A program made the position numbers and the translations under genes. The notes beneath the pieces are model-generated. The model saw only the letters and a program-made list of their open reading frames with translations. It made no database searches and was not told where the DNA came from. From Macrostomum hystrix (lineage: Eukaryota; Animalia; Platyhelminthes), in assembly GCA_950097015.1 (NCBI GenBank), contig CATNEN010000039.1, forward strand, positions 20,150,001 through 20,214,000: a stretch of 64,000 bases of DNA. The letters run 5' to 3'. Shown one piece after another: positions 63,601 through 64,000 of this stretch (positions are counted from its first letter, which is position 1; each line of letters opens with the position of its first letter).

Positions 63601-64000
63601 TCAGGTGTCCCTGAATCATCCAACTATAAATGATTATAGTTTTGCAACACGAATTTAGTTTGAAGCAAAAAGGCCAAACCTGACTGTCCACTCCGAGTGT
63701 GAATATCATGATGAAAAATAGAATGGTCCAGAAAGTGCTTCCAGGTAGCAGTTTCATTGCCTCGGGGTAGATTATAAAGGCCAGACCGAATCCTGTCAGC
63801 AATGGTCAGTTTTTATGCATTTTATTAATTTTTTTACCTATTGAGCTTTTTTAATCGTCCATTCTCCGCCACTCAACGTACTGAGCCATTATCTCATTTT
63901 GTAAATTATCAGTTGCTAAACAAACATATCCAGAGCTCACCAGACTGAGACACATCCTTAACCTGAACTTTCAGATTCTCAGCCAGGTGACCGATGAAGC
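60663..64000 (-). CDS. Sodium/chloride-dependent neurotransmitter/amino-acid transporter, SLC6 family (C-terminal half; 5' end outside window)
   Basis: Exons >64000-63941, 63792-63680, 62955-62657, 61819-61535, 61082-60941, 60782-60663, phase-consistent. [38 protein letters not shown]...[22 protein letters not shown]. Confidence 0.95.
61205..61470 (+). mobile_element. SINE family A copy (diverged, 3'-deleted)
   Basis: Head, cttgtcgtgcaatttacgccc, cctgacgatgagaaagtcagggcag. Confidence 0.85.
63070..63443 (-). mobile_element. SINE family A, full-length copy within an 18-bp array
   Basis: Near-identical to 8314-8684. Confidence 0.9.
63444..63585. repeat. 18-bp minisatellite (aatgatcccaaggtttcc), with about 2 further copies at 63024-63067
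   Basis: Tandem copies on both sides of the SINE. Confidence 0.85.

Overview
Eukaryotic (animal) genomic DNA with GC-rich exons, AT-rich spliceosomal introns, polyQ/polyA-rich proteins and very many minisatellites. The style suggests a free-living flatworm such as Macrostomum, but that is inference only. Spliced genes reconstructed by hand with phase-consistent GT-AG junctions are: a secreted vWA + Cys-rich-repeat + EGF-like protein (-, runs off the left edge), a GPI-anchored Ly6/quiver-like protein (-), ABCF3 (+), teashirt/tiptop-like zinc finger (-), Cdc42 (+), an SGLT/SMIT-type SLC5 (+), a small orphan two-TM protein (-) and an SLC6 transporter (-, runs off the right edge). Mobile DNA includes an intact, very young 4.3-kb Mag-type Ty3/Gypsy retrotransposon sitting 9 nt from a splice donor in ABCF3 intron 2, two tRNA-derived SINE families (one with a CORE-like block), a Merlin derivative with TIRs and TSD, a decayed mariner and an RTE-like LINE fragment. 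About 19 unrelated tandem arrays (units 12-52 bp) cover roughly a quarter of the window. Two unrelated 21-bp arrays both show a 10-unit (210 bp) higher-order period. No CRISPR array, rRNA or true tRNA gene was seen. Most long ORFs in the track are minisatellite artefacts. No single new biological system can be established from sequence alone; the best leads are the minisatellite architecture, the structured SINE and the young retrotransposon.
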